In this document: positions 62,551 to 64,000 of the stretch, in pieces
Numbering within the stretch: position 1 is the first letter of the stretch
Layout of the letters: every line of letters starts with the position of its first letter
Source of the DNA: the human T2T-CHM13v2.0 reference genome, Homo sapiens
NCBI RefSeq assembly: GCF_009914755.1
Contig: NC_060940.1
DNA: 64,000 nucleotides
Strand: one strand, 5' to 3'
Made by a program: the position numbers and the translations under genes
Notes under the pieces: model-generated
The model's database searches: none
Told to the model about the DNA's origin: nothing
Seen by the model: the letters and a program-made list of their open reading frames with translations, nothing else

Positions 62551-63009
62551 AAGAAAGACTGGCAGTGAGCTGCTGAGGCTTCCAAAGGGAGCAGCCACCT
62601 GCACCTTTAGGTGTGAGGTCGGACCCTGAGGTGCCTTTCACACAGCTCAGTGGCCATCTGGTTCAGTCTCCAGCCTCATCAGCAAAGGTCCAGAGAGCTC
62701 AAGTGACTTGCCCAGGGTCACACAGCTTCTCACTGCCAGCTCCTGGTGGGCGACTCGAGGCAGCTGCTGATACCTCAGGGCTTGCTGTGGCTTAGTGTAG
62801 GGGACAGGATTGCAAATCTTAATGGCAGAGGGAGAAGCAGAGCTGGGAAGGAAGCGTAGGGCACCTGGCAGCCAGCGAGGGCTCATCAGCCCTCTGCCTC
62901 CTCCCAGTCGTGTACCCAGCTCTGGCCTCCTCCGCCTGCCCTGCCCGCATCACCTTCTCTGGAAAAGGATGTGCAGACTTGAAGATCCAGATAATAATGA
63001 TCCCAGACG

Positions 63010-63164
63010 GAGAGTCTCAGCCTCGCTTTGTGTTCCAGCTGCCCAGGAGCTCTGGAAACATACCTGGGCCCAAGCTTAGGGATTCTGGGGTACAGCTGGG
63101 CTTCGGGATCTTTCCGGAAGCTCTCCACATGATTCTGCTGTGCAGCCAGGGTGGAAGACCCCTG
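63010..63164. mobile_element. MER5A-like fragment
   Basis: aagctctccacatgattctgctgtgcagccagggtggaagacccctg. Confidence 0.55.
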
Positions 63165-63439
63165 GGGTGCAAGACCCTGTGCTCTTTGAGTGATGACCAG
63201 ATACCGAACGGTGGTGTTTCAAAAGCAGAGAGGCCAGCTGCAAGCCAGGAGGGGAGAGAGTGCTTGCTGAGTGCCTACTGTGTACCTGGAGATGCTCCAG
63301 TCACCTGTCATGCTATTGTTAGCCCTGTGCAGTGGACATGAGACTGAGAGATGAGGCGGGACCCCAGGGGGAAGATGTGCTCTCACCTTCTGGTCCCTTC
63401 TAAAGTGAGCAGAGCCGACCCTGTGGCCATTTCCTGTCC

Positions 63440-64000
63440 CTCCTGCACGCTTATCTGGCGCCTCTTCCTCCCTCCATCTGCCAAGTTAATGCAAACTGGC
63501 AGGGGCGATGGAGGGGGGCTCCGGGGGCACCACTGGCAGCCCGCCCCACGCCGCCCACATCCCCGGCCCTGCAACCCGGGGCAGGAAACCACCAACGTGT
63601 TTATGAAAGAGGCAGGCGGCAGCTGCTGCTAACAGGTGAGCCCTTCCCGAGCCGAGCCTCTCCCAGGGCCTCCTGGAGAAATCGGTAATGAAGTGCAGCT
63701 GTGAACTCCGGTTTTGGGTCAGAAAGGCAATTTCTCATCTCTACGCGCAGCAATTGAGTCGAAAATCCAGGAGCTGTTTGCCTCTCCCCGCCCCTCCACC
63801 CGCTCAGCCCTCACTCGCCTGAGCAGGAGGCCTCTCAGGCGTCAATATTGACTCTGTCAAAGGCAGGTGGCCGGGCGCAGGAGGGAGCCGGGCTGGAAAC
63901 CGGGCCGGGAGCAGCCCCTGGGGCCAGTGAGGTGGGAGCAGGGAGCAGCTGGCCGGGGTGCCCTGGGAGAACGGAAGGCTGTTTTTCCTCTCATTTTAAT
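63440..64000. promoter_or_regulatory. Candidate enhancer / CpG-retaining unique region running off the window end
   Basis: TTAATGCAAA, GTTTATGA, GC box ccccgccc, perfect palindrome GTCAATATTGAC 63841-63852, CTGTCA. Confidence 0.35.

Overview
This is GC-rich, non-coding primate (human-like) genomic DNA, either a large intron or an intergenic interval. The diagnosis rests on AluJ/AluS elements, a THE1 solo LTR, MLT1/LTR16 LTRs, L2, MIR, L1M fragments and hAT MER elements (MER5, MER20, MER33, MER53, MER102). Family names come from my recollection of the consensus sequences, not a database run. I can support no protein-coding exon, RNA gene or CRISPR array; the ORF track is explained by high GC content, Alus and simple repeats. 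The dominant structure is a ~7.3 kb minisatellite (VNTR; ~220 units of 31-35 bp, GGATAATCCTCACTGTTACACTCAG(G)GCCCCCC) that expanded from inside an old MLT1 LTR. It shows higher-order repeats, positional polarity and CpG-decay variants. Other notable signals are a MER53 whose arms remain a perfect 37-bp inverted repeat across an old L1 insertion, a CpG-rich patch with two same-orientation CTCF-like motifs, several AT-rich islands dense in homeobox/forkhead/MEIS motifs that look like developmental enhancers, and an unexplained 46-bp dispersed direct repeat (41/46 identical, 2,220 bp apart). The landscape suggests the regulatory intron or desert of a large developmental or chromatin gene. The 16q24 GSE1 region is an unverified guess that needs BLAT. 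I see no evidence of a new multi-gene system.
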